Assembly (NCBI GenBank): GCA_025839675.1
Contig: CP104013.1
Location: 5,730,001 to 5,762,000, forward strand
Direction: 5' to 3'
DNA from: Candidatus Lokiarchaeum ossiferum
Lineage (GTDB): Archaea; Asgardarchaeota; Lokiarchaeia; Sigyniarchaeales; Promethearchaeaceae
DNA: 32,000 nt
Positions 1-9,733 of the stretch are shown in pieces. Position numbers and translations under genes: made by a program. The notes beneath the pieces were generated by a model. The model was not told the origin of the DNA and made no database searches. It worked only from the letters and a program-made list of their open reading frames with translations. How positions within the stretch are numbered: position 1 is the stretch's first letter; each line of letters starts with the position of its first letter.

Positions 1-432
1 TTCCGTGGGATAGATCCTCGTTTTCATCCAGTCGTTCTTGGAAAAATGCTTTCATTAATTATTCCGATTGCATCGGGACTCTGGATAGTAAGCTGGGTGT
101 TAGAAGATTTAGGGGTCCTTCAATTTAAATTACCCGAATCCAGCACTCAATCGGAACTCTATGAAATCCAACCTACACATAAAATTTATTCCTCATTAAT
201 TTCTGGATATGGAGGATTTTCATCTCTACTATTCTATATCGGGTTTATAATTTATTATTTCACCGATTATTCAGAAAGTGGTGGCAATTTTGCCGATTTA
301 TTTATGGTTTTGATAATGGGATTAAGTGCTTTGTCAATTTTGCCTGTCTATTTCATTTATTGGAAAATTAAAAAGGAATCCATCATTGTTGGATTGAAAC
401 AAGCCCCACAATTGACACAATCGATTCTTTAA
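1..432 (+). CDS. multi-pass membrane protein of unknown function, possibly 5'-partial
   Basis: ORF track gives 46..432, but the frame is open back to base 1 (FRGIDPRFHPVVLGK precedes the first Met), so the gene may start upstream of the window. Several hydrophobic helices (LIIPIASGLWIVSWVL, FSSLLFYIGFIIYYF, LFMVLIMGLSALSILPVYFIYW). No family recognised. Confidence 0.45.
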   Translation, partial: FRGIDPRFHPVVLGKMLSLIIPIASGLWIVSWVLEDLGVLQFKLPESSTQSELYEIQPTHKIYSSLISGYGGFSSLLFYIGFIIYYFTDYSESGGNFADLFMVLIMGLSALSILPVYFIYWKIKKESIIVGLKQAPQLTQSIL

Positions 433-474
433 AATGAAATATTTTTCTTTCTTCTATCAATTTTTTAAAATTAT

Positions 475-1062
475 TTAAGTTATTTTATTAGTATAGGCAA
501 TTTTATAGTCTATTTTTCCTTCTGAATCCTTTTGAACTTCAATTTTAGTTATCGAATGAAAATCAATCTGAAACTTGAAGGAATCTTTTAAATGAATTTT
601 GTTCAAATAAGCCAATATCGAGCGAATTGAACCTCCATGGGCAATCACTACTATGTTTTTTTGTGTTTCTTTACTAATTTTTTCCCAAAATTCAACTGAT
701 CGAGCATATAATTGAAGGTAAGATTCTCCATTGGGTGTTTGAACTTCAACAAAATTGTCTGCCCAATTTCTGAACGCTTTGATTTTTTCCAAATCTTTCC
801 AAGGGATCATCTCCCAATCTCCAAAATTCATTTCACAAAGTCTTGCATCCACGATTGGTTGGTCTTTTGTTAATTGGTTAACCAATTTAAGACATCTATG
901 GGAAGGGCTAGAATAATACACAACATTTTTTATATTGGCCAAATGCTTTTTAACAAATTTCACTTCATTTTCAAAAGAACTTGCAAGAGGAACATCCGAA
1001 ATTCCATAACATGTGGATTCCTTAAGATCAACTTTAGTATGGCGAATTAAAAAAATGTTCAT
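475..1062 (-). CDS. cobC: histidine-phosphatase family protein, likely CobC-type alpha-ribazole-5'-phosphate phosphatase
   Basis: N-terminal FLIRHTK (RHG-type phosphohistidine motif) and VIAHGGSIR near the C-terminus indicate a phosphoglycerate-mutase-like histidine phosphatase fold. It overlaps cobY by 4 nt and is the last gene of the cobamide operon. The specific function is inferred from context. Confidence 0.6.
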   Translation of the reverse strand: MNIFLIRHTKVDLKESTCYGISDVPLASSFENEVKFVKKHLANIKNVVYYSSPSHRCLKLVNQLTKDQPIVDARLCEMNFGDWEMIPWKDLEKIKAFRNWADNFVEVQTPNGESYLQLYARSVEFWEKISKETQKNIVVIAHGGSIRSILAYLNKIHLKDSFKFQIDFHSITKIEVQKDSEGKIDYKIAYTNKIT

Positions 1063-1730
1063 GGGTAATCATCAACCTTTTTTTTTTCATCTAAGAAAGA
1101 TACATATCGGTAATAATCATCTGCGGTATTAATATTGAGCAGCAAATCCACATTTTCAGTGATATACTCTATCTGATCAATAAAGGATTCTCGGATTAAT
1201 TTACCATTTAATATGTTTATGCCGATTGAGAATAGTTTGTTTCCATATTTATCAATAAATGCATTATTTCTATCCGTTGGAATAGTACTATTTTTTATGG
1301 CTCGTTCCCAATCCATCATTACTGCCAATGCGGGTTTCTTTTCCTCAAAAAATTTTTGAACTATTGAATTCAAGAAGGAAGGGTGAATTGTCGGTAAGTC
1401 CGCAGTTAAAATTAATACATTCGAGAGATTGTAAGTCTCAATAATAAATTTCAAATCTGAATGAAAATCTTTGCCCGGTGTGCTTAGGATTTCAATTTTA
1501 GGATTATTTTGTGATTTTAAATATTGGTATGTTTTGGGAGTGTGTGGAGAGGTCGCAATATAGATTTTAGCAAGACTTTCGGAATTTAATGCAACTTTGA
1601 TGATCACATCGATTAATCGCGTTTTCTTTACTTGGATGAGTGGTTTTTCTTTGATGGCTTGATCAATCTGATTGAAATCAAATCTTGAGGCTTTCCCACC
1701 TGCCATAATTATGCAATCGATTTTTTCCAT
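1059..1730 (-). CDS. cobY: adenosylcobinamide-phosphate guanylyltransferase (archaeal CobY-type nucleotidyltransferase)
   Basis: N-terminal glycine-rich NTP-transferase loop CIIMAGGKASRF (MobA/CobY-like fold). 223 aa, located between cobS and cobC. CobY is the known archaeal replacement for CobU. Confidence 0.6.
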   Translation of the reverse strand: MEKIDCIIMAGGKASRFDFNQIDQAIKEKPLIQVKKTRLIDVIIKVALNSESLAKIYIATSPHTPKTYQYLKSQNNPKIEILSTPGKDFHSDLKFIIETYNLSNVLILTADLPTIHPSFLNSIVQKFFEEKKPALAVMMDWERAIKNSTIPTDRNNAFIDKYGNKLFSIGINILNGKLIRESFIDQIEYITENVDLLLNINTADDYYRYVSFLDEKKKVDDYP

Positions 1731-1742
1731 TTAATATCGTGC

Positions 1743-2576
1743 TCATGTTGTAACTAGTGTTTGAATAATGATTATGGTAATTAGGTTTGCTAAACGGATT
1801 ATTTCATGGATTGCCCCTAAGCAATCTCCTGTTAACCCCCCAAAATGCTTGTTTGAAATCTTATTTAGAATGAAAAGAACACCATATGTTGTGAGTAATG
1901 CTCCTCCTAAAAAAATTAGTATTTCAGAGATGGATAATAGCGCTATAGTATTAGTGATAGGAAATATTCCTACGATAATAAATAATATCGAATTGATTCC
2001 TAAGAGGGCCGCTATGATCAATAGAACGGAAAGCAAGGTGGAGTAGAGAAAATATTTATAATTATTTAATTCTATGAATTTACTTGCTGTGGTGGTGTGG
2101 GCATTTTTTCCAAAAGTACAACTTACTTGAAGGGCATATTTTGCCATGATTTCAGTAATACAGAGTAGGACAATCAAATTTTGATCAATAGAGCCTAGGG
2201 CAATTCCGGTTGAGACTACTATAATTATCCCTAAAGATAAGCCTCCTGCTCCAATGGCGACATCATGCATCACTTTGATTTTTTTCTCTGGGGTGCCCAT
2301 TACCATGAGTCCATCGCCAAAATCAAACAACCCATCTGTGTGATGAGCTCCCGTAATCCCAATGAGAATTCCTAAACACAAAAATCCTGTTAATAAGGGC
2401 GGTAAAATCAAATTGAGTAGAAATCCTATGACACCCACAAAGAGTCCGAGACAAAATCCAACAAAGGGAAATAGCCACATTTTCTTGGCAATTTGATCGA
2501 AGGAGGAAAAATGGACCTTGACAGGAATTCGGGTTAAAAATCCAAAGACCATTTGAATATCCTTAAGAATCATCAA
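1743..2576 (-). CDS. cobS: adenosylcobinamide-GDP ribazoletransferase (cobalamin synthase)
   Basis: Polytopic membrane protein with FLTRIPV near the N-terminus and HHTDGLFDFGDGL, both typical of the CobS/CobV family. Operon context supports the call. Confidence 0.85.
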   Translation of the reverse strand: MMILKDIQMVFGFLTRIPVKVHFSSFDQIAKKMWLFPFVGFCLGLFVGVIGFLLNLILPPLLTGFLCLGILIGITGAHHTDGLFDFGDGLMVMGTPEKKIKVMHDVAIGAGGLSLGIIIVVSTGIALGSIDQNLIVLLCITEIMAKYALQVSCTFGKNAHTTTASKFIELNNYKYFLYSTLLSVLLIIAALLGINSILFIIVGIFPITNTIALLSISEILIFLGGALLTTYGVLFILNKISNKHFGGLTGDCLGAIHEIIRLANLITIIIIQTLVTT

Positions 2577-3282
2577 TATATCCTCCTTTTATTAAAGACA
2601 ATTTCAAATTTCGCATATATGCTTTGGAAACGAGCTTTCCAAATTCGGTACTTAAACCAGACCAATTAACTTTATGCAAACGTCCAGTAGTAAAAACACC
2701 TATCGCATCTGTGGTGGTGCCGGTGGCGCAATGTCCTTCTTGAGTTGAAATCTTTCCCTCTCGTAGCACAACCGTTTTTGCTTCAGTTAGCAAAATAAAT
2801 AAATTGGAATAAAGGTGGGGTGGAAAATCACAATCAAAAATCACAATGGTGTTTATTGTGTTGTGTTTAGGATTATACTCATGATTCCTTAAATCCTCTT
2901 GAAGGGAAAAGTAGTTGTTCATCCCATCTTGAGGTGATGCTGCATTTGTGGTTCCCGCGGTAACAATTAGCAACATTTCTATTGGTCCGAGAGATACTTT
3001 TTCTATTGCAGCGTTTTTCATTTTTACAGCAGTCAAAAAAACAACACTATTATCTGATAAGTTGTGTCTTTTCTGAAGATTGTCAAAAGTCGAGTTAAAT
3101 TCTTCTAAAGTATAGGATTTGGGAACGTAATTATTTACAATTTCACGGGTTATTAAATTCCCTCCATTTAATGCTGCGTTACTTAATCCATGAAGATCTA
3201 ATGTTGAGCGAATAATGATTTCTGATTCAGTCCAAGTATAAGAAATTCCTTCAATATTTGTTTTCGCGTGTTTAATTAGCAT
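2563..3282 (-). CDS. cbiZ: adenosylcobinamide amidohydrolase
   Basis: CbiZ-like motifs AALNGG, VTAGTTNA and ATGTTTDAIGV in a 239-aa protein. Overlaps cobS by 14 nt and cbiB by 11 nt. Confidence 0.7.
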   Translation of the reverse strand: MLIKHAKTNIEGISYTWTESEIIIRSTLDLHGLSNAALNGGNLITREIVNNYVPKSYTLEEFNSTFDNLQKRHNLSDNSVVFLTAVKMKNAAIEKVSLGPIEMLLIVTAGTTNAASPQDGMNNYFSLQEDLRNHEYNPKHNTINTIVIFDCDFPPHLYSNLFILLTEAKTVVLREGKISTQEGHCATGTTTDAIGVFTTGRLHKVNWSGLSTEFGKLVSKAYMRNLKLSLIKGGYIDDS

Positions 3283-4354
3283 AAAGTGATAACCCCCAAA
3301 TGATTAATAGTGAAATCAAGCCGAAGAGAATGATAAATAATAACATCGATAGTCGCGTGCATTTATATGAAAGGAATATATCTGCTGGTTTAAGGTCTCG
3401 ATTTTTATCTCCCAAAATATATGAGCCCGGTTTTTCTAGTTGAACATCTAGCAATCCTGCCATCAAGCCCATTGTCCATCCTGCATTCATACTCTCTAAC
3501 GTGCGTGCATCTCGCTTGAGAATAAATTTCGCGTTACTTATATTTAATTTCATTAAAAATCCGATAATAAACATGCACAATACCGTTAATCTTGTGGGAA
3601 TAAAATTCGCAACATCGTCGGATTTGGCTGAGAACCATCCAATATTGATATTTTCTTCATCCTTATATCCAACAACGCTATCTCCCGTGTTAATGATTCG
3701 ATACAAATAGGCAAATCCGATTGGTAAAAAAAGGAAAAATGAGCCATTCGTAAGAATACTGAGTATAAATCCTAGTAAACCTCCCATGAAATAAAACCAG
3801 AAAACACTGGTTACAGCATCGGTAGAACTTTCTGCAATCACTTCAACGGATGCTGATATAATATGTTGCTCATCTAATATTTTTGTATTTCGACGCACGA
3901 TCCATGATAATTTTTCTTGGGCTTGTTCAAGGGCATCATTTTCTAAGAAATTTTGAATCGGTTTGGTGACATCACCCAGATTTTTAATGGCAAAGGTCCA
4001 TTTCAGGAGAAATCCCAGAAGAAAAGTAATAATACCTAACTCCCAGAATTTGGGAGCATAGTTTGGATCGATATTTTGGAAATTCCAGAATTTCCAGACT
4101 CCAATTTGGATCCCAATAGATATTGAGCAAAAAATCAAAATTACGATGAAAATGAGTAAGATTCCATTCAATTTATCCCTTTTTTGATTCCCAGTACGTA
4201 ATTTGGACTTGAAAAAGGAAATTGATTTTCCAATTAGCATGACAGGATGGAATTTAAAGTTCGGATCTCCTATGATCAAATCAATAATAATTGCCCATAT
4301 TGCCGTTAAACTAATAAATGTAATATATACATCTTGAATCAGTAATAATTCCAT
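3272..4354 (-). CDS. cbiB: adenosylcobinamide-phosphate synthase
   Basis: 360-aa polytopic membrane protein with the HPVMLIGK motif characteristic of the CbiB/CobD family. Operon context supports the call. Confidence 0.85.
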   Translation of the reverse strand: MELLLIQDVYITFISLTAIWAIIIDLIIGDPNFKFHPVMLIGKSISFFKSKLRTGNQKRDKLNGILLIFIVILIFCSISIGIQIGVWKFWNFQNIDPNYAPKFWELGIITFLLGFLLKWTFAIKNLGDVTKPIQNFLENDALEQAQEKLSWIVRRNTKILDEQHIISASVEVIAESSTDAVTSVFWFYFMGGLLGFILSILTNGSFFLFLPIGFAYLYRIINTGDSVVGYKDEENINIGWFSAKSDDVANFIPTRLTVLCMFIIGFLMKLNISNAKFILKRDARTLESMNAGWTMGLMAGLLDVQLEKPGSYILGDKNRDLKPADIFLSYKCTRLSMLLFIILFGLISLLIIWGLSLYAN

Positions 4355-4360
4355 AATTTA

Positions 4361-5908
4361 TCACTTTTCTTTATTTCCCATTTCTAATCCAACGATTTTA
4401 CATAATTCTTGTAAATCTAAATGCTTGCGTACAATCGTAGCAACTTTGTCGATGTTCTGTTCCACGATTTCGTTATGGGAGGTTTTTGTTTCTACGAATT
4501 GTTTATTGTGGTGAGAAGCCACAAAAGATAGAAATTCCTTTCTAAAAAGATCATTTTCCCAAATTCCATGGAGAAAAGTTCCGAAAGTACTCATGGATTC
4601 ATTATAAATGCCCAAGGAATAATTCTTCTTTAAAAGATTTTTATCTTCATATTCTAGAAACGTTTTAAGATTTGGACCATTTTTAATAATTCCCATGTGA
4701 ATTTCATAACCTTTAATAATTTGCCCTTCTAAATTTGGAATATTTATGACTTTGGCACTTATTTGGTGTGTGATTTTATCATAATCCTTAAACTCTGCTG
4801 TGGTAGGAAGCAAACCTAATCCATTGTATTCTTTAATAAGATTTTCTTCAATTCCTTTATCAATGATTTTTTGCCCCAACATTTGAAAACCACCACAAAT
4901 CCCCAGTATAATTGCTCCTTGTTTTTCTAAGAGAGATACTTCGTCGAAAAATCCATTTTCTTTCATCCAATTCAAATCTGAAATAGTATTTTTTGTTCCA
5001 GGAATAATAATCAAATCTTTATTTTTCAACTGATGTGGTTTGATACAATACTCTAAGGATACATCATTTTCTGCCAAAAAAGGTTCAAAATCTGTGAAAT
5101 TAGAAATTTTTGGTAGTCGAATAACCCCAATATTAATATTTCGTAATTTTCGAGTTTCTTTAATATCAAGAGAATCTTCCGCGGGAAGATAGAGATCATT
5201 AATGTAAGGAAGTACTCCCAAACAAGGCATATTGAGTTTTTCACTTAACATTACCAACCCTGATGTCAATAAACTTTCATCTCCCCGAAATTTGTTGACG
5301 ATATACGCCTTAATTAATGGTTTCTCATCCTCCTTAACTAACTCAACCGTTCCATAGATCGATGCAAAAACTCCCCCTTTATCAATATCCCCCACAATTA
5401 CTACTGGTGATTTTACCAATTTTGCCACAAACATATTTGCAATCTCATGATCTGCTAAATTTATTTCTGCTGGGGACCCCGCGCCTTCAATGATTACAAC
5501 ATCATTGGTCTGACTTAATTTTTCCAATGATTTTTTAATATGGGGTATTAATTTAGGAATATATATAGGGTAATATTCACGTACTTTGTAATCCGCGAAA
5601 GGTTTGCCCATTAAGATAATTTGAGATGTATTATTCCCTTTGGGTTTTAGTAAGACTGGATTATGGGCTGGTTGAGGTTCGATTCGGGCTGCTTGAGCTT
5701 GCAAAACTTGCGATCGTGCAATTTCAAAACCTTCCTTATTTACAAAGGAGTTTAAGGACATGTTTTGTGATTTGAATGGTGCCACCTTATACCCCATATC
5801 TGCGAAGATACGGCACAATGCCATAACCAATGTGGTTTTCCCAGAATCCGATGTGGTTCCTTGAATCATTAAAAATTTAGCGGTCATGATATGCTTCATC
5901 TTGGTCAA
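4361..5908 (-). CDS. cobQ: cobyric acid synthase
   Basis: N-terminal P-loop GTTSDSGKT and a C-terminal glutamine amidotransferase domain with GICGGFQMLG and a downstream His (FLHG). 515 aa. The true start may be the internal Met at 5887 (MTAKFLMIQG...). Confidence 0.9.
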   Translation of the reverse strand: MTKMKHIMTAKFLMIQGTTSDSGKTTLVMALCRIFADMGYKVAPFKSQNMSLNSFVNKEGFEIARSQVLQAQAARIEPQPAHNPVLLKPKGNNTSQIILMGKPFADYKVREYYPIYIPKLIPHIKKSLEKLSQTNDVVIIEGAGSPAEINLADHEIANMFVAKLVKSPVVIVGDIDKGGVFASIYGTVELVKEDEKPLIKAYIVNKFRGDESLLTSGLVMLSEKLNMPCLGVLPYINDLYLPAEDSLDIKETRKLRNINIGVIRLPKISNFTDFEPFLAENDVSLEYCIKPHQLKNKDLIIIPGTKNTISDLNWMKENGFFDEVSLLEKQGAIILGICGGFQMLGQKIIDKGIEENLIKEYNGLGLLPTTAEFKDYDKITHQISAKVINIPNLEGQIIKGYEIHMGIIKNGPNLKTFLEYEDKNLLKKNYSLGIYNESMSTFGTFLHGIWENDLFRKEFLSFVASHHNKQFVETKTSHNEIVEQNIDKVATIVRKHLDLQELCKIVGLEMGNKEK

Positions 5909-7358
5909 TTATTTTTTTATGGATTTCCATCAATTGCATGTGTGTTATTTCTTGGAAGGAACTCTTAAGATTGATTAGCTCAGTTAGAATAATGTCTACA
6001 TTACTCGCTTTATGGGATAAAATACAATCTGCACAATTCCATATTTTTTTTCCAGTTTTTTGAGAGGTTATGAAGTTTCCTCCACTGATTGGATTATGGC
6101 AAGGATAAAAGGGACAATAGCAAAAAGTGCAATCTTCTAGCTGTTTATGACATGGAAAATACGGACAACTCAGATCTTTTCCTTTTCTATGTTTTAAAGC
6201 CAATGCTTGGTTTATTAAATCGATCCCTTTGGGGTGCATCCCTCCAGAATTGACGATCTTTTTAAACTCTTGTATTATCTTCAAATTGCTCTCATGATCC
6301 TTAATCGCAATTCTAATGAATTTATCATTTAAGCCCTTGAGGGTTGCACAATCTCTTATGAGGATATTTGATTCTACCAATCGAGTTTTTACATCTGCAC
6401 TGTTCATCCCAAGATTTTCGAGATTTACAAGTAAAAAATTAGCGTTTGAAGGGTATGGCTTGAATCCATATAATGAGTTTATTTCATCGAACATAAACTT
6501 ACGTTCCTTGGTATAATATTCTCGAGATAATTCTTGGAGATGAGTGTTTCCAATCAATCTTCCCATAAGTTCTTGGGCAACAGTATTAACAGACCATAGG
6601 TTTTGATAGGATTTCATTTTAGAAATCATTTGTTGGCTTCCTAGTCCATAACCGATTCTAAGGCCTGGAATTCCATAAAATTTTGTAAAACTTCTACATA
6701 TGAAGAGATTGGGACACTGCTCTAACATTTCGTTTGTTCGAGGTGTTTTTTCAACGAATTCTATGAATGCTTCATCGAGGAACACCAATGTTTCCGAATT
6801 CAACGCTTGCTTTAGGATGTTTTTAATGTCATTATGGGCATCCAAACTCCCATTTGGATTATTTGGGTTGCAAATGAAGATTGCTTTTGGAGACTGAGAC
6901 AGAAATTCAAATATTTCTGCCATTGGTAACTTAAAATCATTCTCAGGTAATCGAAAAATATTTATGATTTTTGCTTGGTTTTTTGTAATGGCCCATTCGT
7001 ATTCTGTAAAGGTTGGTTGGACCACGATTATTTCATCATTTTTTGTAAAGAAAGCATCGGAAAAAACCGTAATTAGGTCCATGGCTCCATTTCCCACAAT
7101 TATTTGATTCTGGGTAAATGCATTATTTGAAATTTTGATCAATAATTCCTTAAGGCGAGTTGAATTGGAATCGGGATAAAGATCAATGGTTTCAAGTAAG
7201 TCTTTAAGATCCATGTCGACAATTGATTTTTTAAAAAGATGGTTGACGTTGACACTGAAATCGAGGATTTTTTTGTTATTTAGGTTTTGAGAATAGACTT
7301 CTCCTCCATGGGAAGCGTGATTTGGTATTATTGGTAAGTCTGATTGCTTTCTATCCAT
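5877..7358 (-). CDS. cobD: L-threonine-O-3-phosphate decarboxylase (class I/II aminotransferase fold) with a C-terminal cysteine-rich domain
   Basis: HGG near the N-terminus, NPNNPNG, and the PLP-lysine motif SFTKFYGIPGLRIGY. The ORF-track start at 7376 is TTG; I prefer the ATG at 7358 (MDRKQ), which is preceded by GAGGAG. The C-terminal ~90 aa carries CPYFPCH...CTFCYCPFYPCH...CADC. Confidence 0.75.
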   Translation of the reverse strand: MDRKQSDLPIIPNHASHGGEVYSQNLNNKKILDFSVNVNHLFKKSIVDMDLKDLLETIDLYPDSNSTRLKELLIKISNNAFTQNQIIVGNGAMDLITVFSDAFFTKNDEIIVVQPTFTEYEWAITKNQAKIINIFRLPENDFKLPMAEIFEFLSQSPKAIFICNPNNPNGSLDAHNDIKNILKQALNSETLVFLDEAFIEFVEKTPRTNEMLEQCPNLFICRSFTKFYGIPGLRIGYGLGSQQMISKMKSYQNLWSVNTVAQELMGRLIGNTHLQELSREYYTKERKFMFDEINSLYGFKPYPSNANFLLVNLENLGMNSADVKTRLVESNILIRDCATLKGLNDKFIRIAIKDHESNLKIIQEFKKIVNSGGMHPKGIDLINQALALKHRKGKDLSCPYFPCHKQLEDCTFCYCPFYPCHNPISGGNFITSQKTGKKIWNCADCILSHKASNVDIILTELINLKSSFQEITHMQLMEIHKKIIDQDEAYHDR

Positions 7359-7372
7359 TTTAGTAGTTCTCC

Positions 7373-8644
7373 TCAATTATGCAAAAGGCGCTCCTTAATT
7401 TTTAACATTTCTTCAATCGAAGATGTTTTATACACATCTTTTTTTTGCGAAATGCGGTGATATAATTCTGTAGCTTTTCCGTCAGTAAAATCACGGTCTT
7501 CGATGGGGGTTTCCTCAATAATGATTATTTTCCCCGAGAATTGATCTAAAACTTGGAGATTTACTAAATTTGCGTTACCAAATGGAACATTGGCAAGAAT
7601 CACTATATTGGATTGATGGATTGCAGTTTCTAATAATTTTAGTGTTTTACTGGAAATAGGGGAAAATGGGGCTTCAGAAATGGTTTTTATTTGCATTTTT
7701 TCTGCCATCGTATGATCATCATCTAGTACATGAAGAACTCCAATGGAAGTATTCACATTTGATATCAAGGATAAGAAATTGATCGCGGTTCCGCCTCCAG
7801 CGATGATGTGTATTTTTTTTTCATCGGGGACTTGTTTGATTTTGAATTTTGAATTGAGATAGTTACTAATCGGTATAACGTATGTTGATTGCGTGATTGG
7901 GTTACTTTCAATTATAACATCCACGTTATAAACTTCTTTAACATTTTGCTCTGTGATCGTTTCTGTTACATCTCCAAAAGCATGGATTTTACCATTATTA
8001 AGCAAAATAATTTTATCACAAAATTGCGCCGCCAAATTAAGGTCGTGGAGAACGATTAAAATAAGAATCCCCTTTTGAACAAATTTTTGGAAAAGTTCCA
8101 TGAATTCCAATTTGTAATTGATATCTAAGTGGGATGTTGGTTCATCCAGTAATATTATTTTGGTTTGTTGAGCTATGGCTCTTGCAATCATTACCTTTTG
8201 TTGCTCTCCACCACTAAGTTTATTATATTCTCTGTCTCTTAATTCTTCCAAATTCAAATCTTTAAGTATATCATTTACTATTTTATGATCCTCTTCACTT
8301 TCACGAGAAAAACGATCTATATACGAGTATCTCCCCATGAGTACAATTTCTTCGACTGTAAAGTTGAAATCCAAGGTTTCCGATTTTTGTTGAACATAAG
8401 CTAGGTTTTTTGCGATTTCCTTGATTGACATCTGTTCTAAACTAATTTCATTTACAAGTATGTCCCCATAATTTTGTTTTAATAATCTCCCAACAATATT
8501 CAAGAATGTTGTCTTTCCACAACCATTTGGACCGAGTATTCCGTACAAATTACCTTTTCCAAATGAAAGGGAAATATTTTCAAGAATTGGTTCCATATTA
8601 TAGGAAAAATGAATATCATTAACTTTGATGGATGGCATTTTCAA
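7373..8644 (-). CDS. btuD: ABC transporter ATP-binding protein (BtuD/FepC type) with an extra ~170-aa C-terminal domain
   Basis: Walker A GPNGCGKTT, signature LSGGEQQ, Walker B ILLDEPTSHLD, H-loop VLHD. GGAG lies ~11 nt upstream of the ATG. The C-terminal extension begins around KKIHIIAGGGTAINF. Confidence 0.75.
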   Translation of the reverse strand: MKMPSIKVNDIHFSYNMEPILENISLSFGKGNLYGILGPNGCGKTTFLNIVGRLLKQNYGDILVNEISLEQMSIKEIAKNLAYVQQKSETLDFNFTVEEIVLMGRYSYIDRFSRESEEDHKIVNDILKDLNLEELRDREYNKLSGGEQQKVMIARAIAQQTKIILLDEPTSHLDINYKLEFMELFQKFVQKGILILIVLHDLNLAAQFCDKIILLNNGKIHAFGDVTETITEQNVKEVYNVDVIIESNPITQSTYVIPISNYLNSKFKIKQVPDEKKIHIIAGGGTAINFLSLISNVNTSIGVLHVLDDDHTMAEKMQIKTISEAPFSPISSKTLKLLETAIHQSNIVILANVPFGNANLVNLQVLDQFSGKIIIIEETPIEDRDFTDGKATELYHRISQKKDVYKTSSIEEMLKIKERLLHN

Positions 8645-8654
8645 TTTTCTCCGT

Positions 8655-9683
8655 TTACTTATTTGATCGTTTTTTTTTAATCACCAAATATATGAAGAAG
8701 GGTCCTCCCATAAGAGAAGTGAAAACTCCAACCGGGATTTCTTGCGGTGAAATCAAGATTCTTGCTAATACATCCGCCCAAATTAATAATATTGCTCCCA
8801 CAATTCCCGAAATTGGAATAATTTTCCGATTATCGCTTCCAAATATTAACCGGGTTATATGGGGTACAATTAATCCAATAAATCCAATGGAACCACAAAA
8901 TGCTACTGCAGTTGCAGTAAACATAGTCATACATAACAATACAATACTTTTAGATCTTTTTACGTTCACACCCATAGTTTGAGCGGAACTATCTCCCATC
9001 AAAAGGAGATTCATATCTAATCCATAAAAAATAAGGATTGTTGTAAAAGGAATGAGCAGTAATCCAGCAATTTTGACTTCCACCCATGTGATTCCCCATA
9101 GTTTTCCAAGTAATATTGAAAGTATCATGTGAGATTTATCTTCGGATAGAAATAGAATGAAACTAATCAAGGCAGAAAAAATATATGATAGGGCAATTCC
9201 TGAAAGCAATAACGAATAAATGTGAATGGATGATTTACTTCTTGCAATCATGTATATTAAAAATACTGCTCCAATTGCAAAAATAAATGAAAATAATGGA
9301 ATTGTAAATTGTCTGAAGAAGAAGAGTTCAAACACAATGACGAGGGCTGCACCAAATCCCGCGGCGGAAGAAATACCAATGACGTAAGGATCTGCTATTG
9401 GATTTCGGAAAACAATCTGGGATATTACTCCAGCCATACTCAACATGGCTCCAACGATGACTGCCATCAATATTCGAGGAAGGCGTAATTGTAAAATAAT
9501 TACTTGCTCCACTTGTGTGAAAGACTGACCTGTTTGGATCCCAATTTCATTGAGAAGTATTGCAATACTATGGCTTAAAGGTATTTTTACGCTTCCTAAT
9601 GTGCATGACATGAAAACGCTAAAGATTAATAAAAAAATTAACACCTGTAAGGTAATTATTTGCATCGATTTTTTCATATACAT
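8655..9683 (-). CDS. btuC: FecCD/BtuC-family ABC permease
   Basis: 342-aa protein that is hydrophobic throughout, with about 9-10 helices. It lies between the ATPase and the binding protein of a type II importer. The start could be the third Met (MKKSM, 9677), which follows AAAGGA. Confidence 0.8.
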   Translation of the reverse strand: MYMKKSMQIITLQVLIFLLIFSVFMSCTLGSVKIPLSHSIAILLNEIGIQTGQSFTQVEQVIILQLRLPRILMAVIVGAMLSMAGVISQIVFRNPIADPYVIGISSAAGFGAALVIVFELFFFRQFTIPLFSFIFAIGAVFLIYMIARSKSSIHIYSLLLSGIALSYIFSALISFILFLSEDKSHMILSILLGKLWGITWVEVKIAGLLLIPFTTILIFYGLDMNLLLMGDSSAQTMGVNVKRSKSIVLLCMTMFTATAVAFCGSIGFIGLIVPHITRLIFGSDNRKIIPISGIVGAILLIWADVLARILISPQEIPVGVFTSLMGGPFFIYLVIKKKRSNK

Positions 9684-9733
9684 CCTTTCGCTTCAAATTG
9701 TATTTTTATAGTTTATTTCCCGAATAGCAAGAT

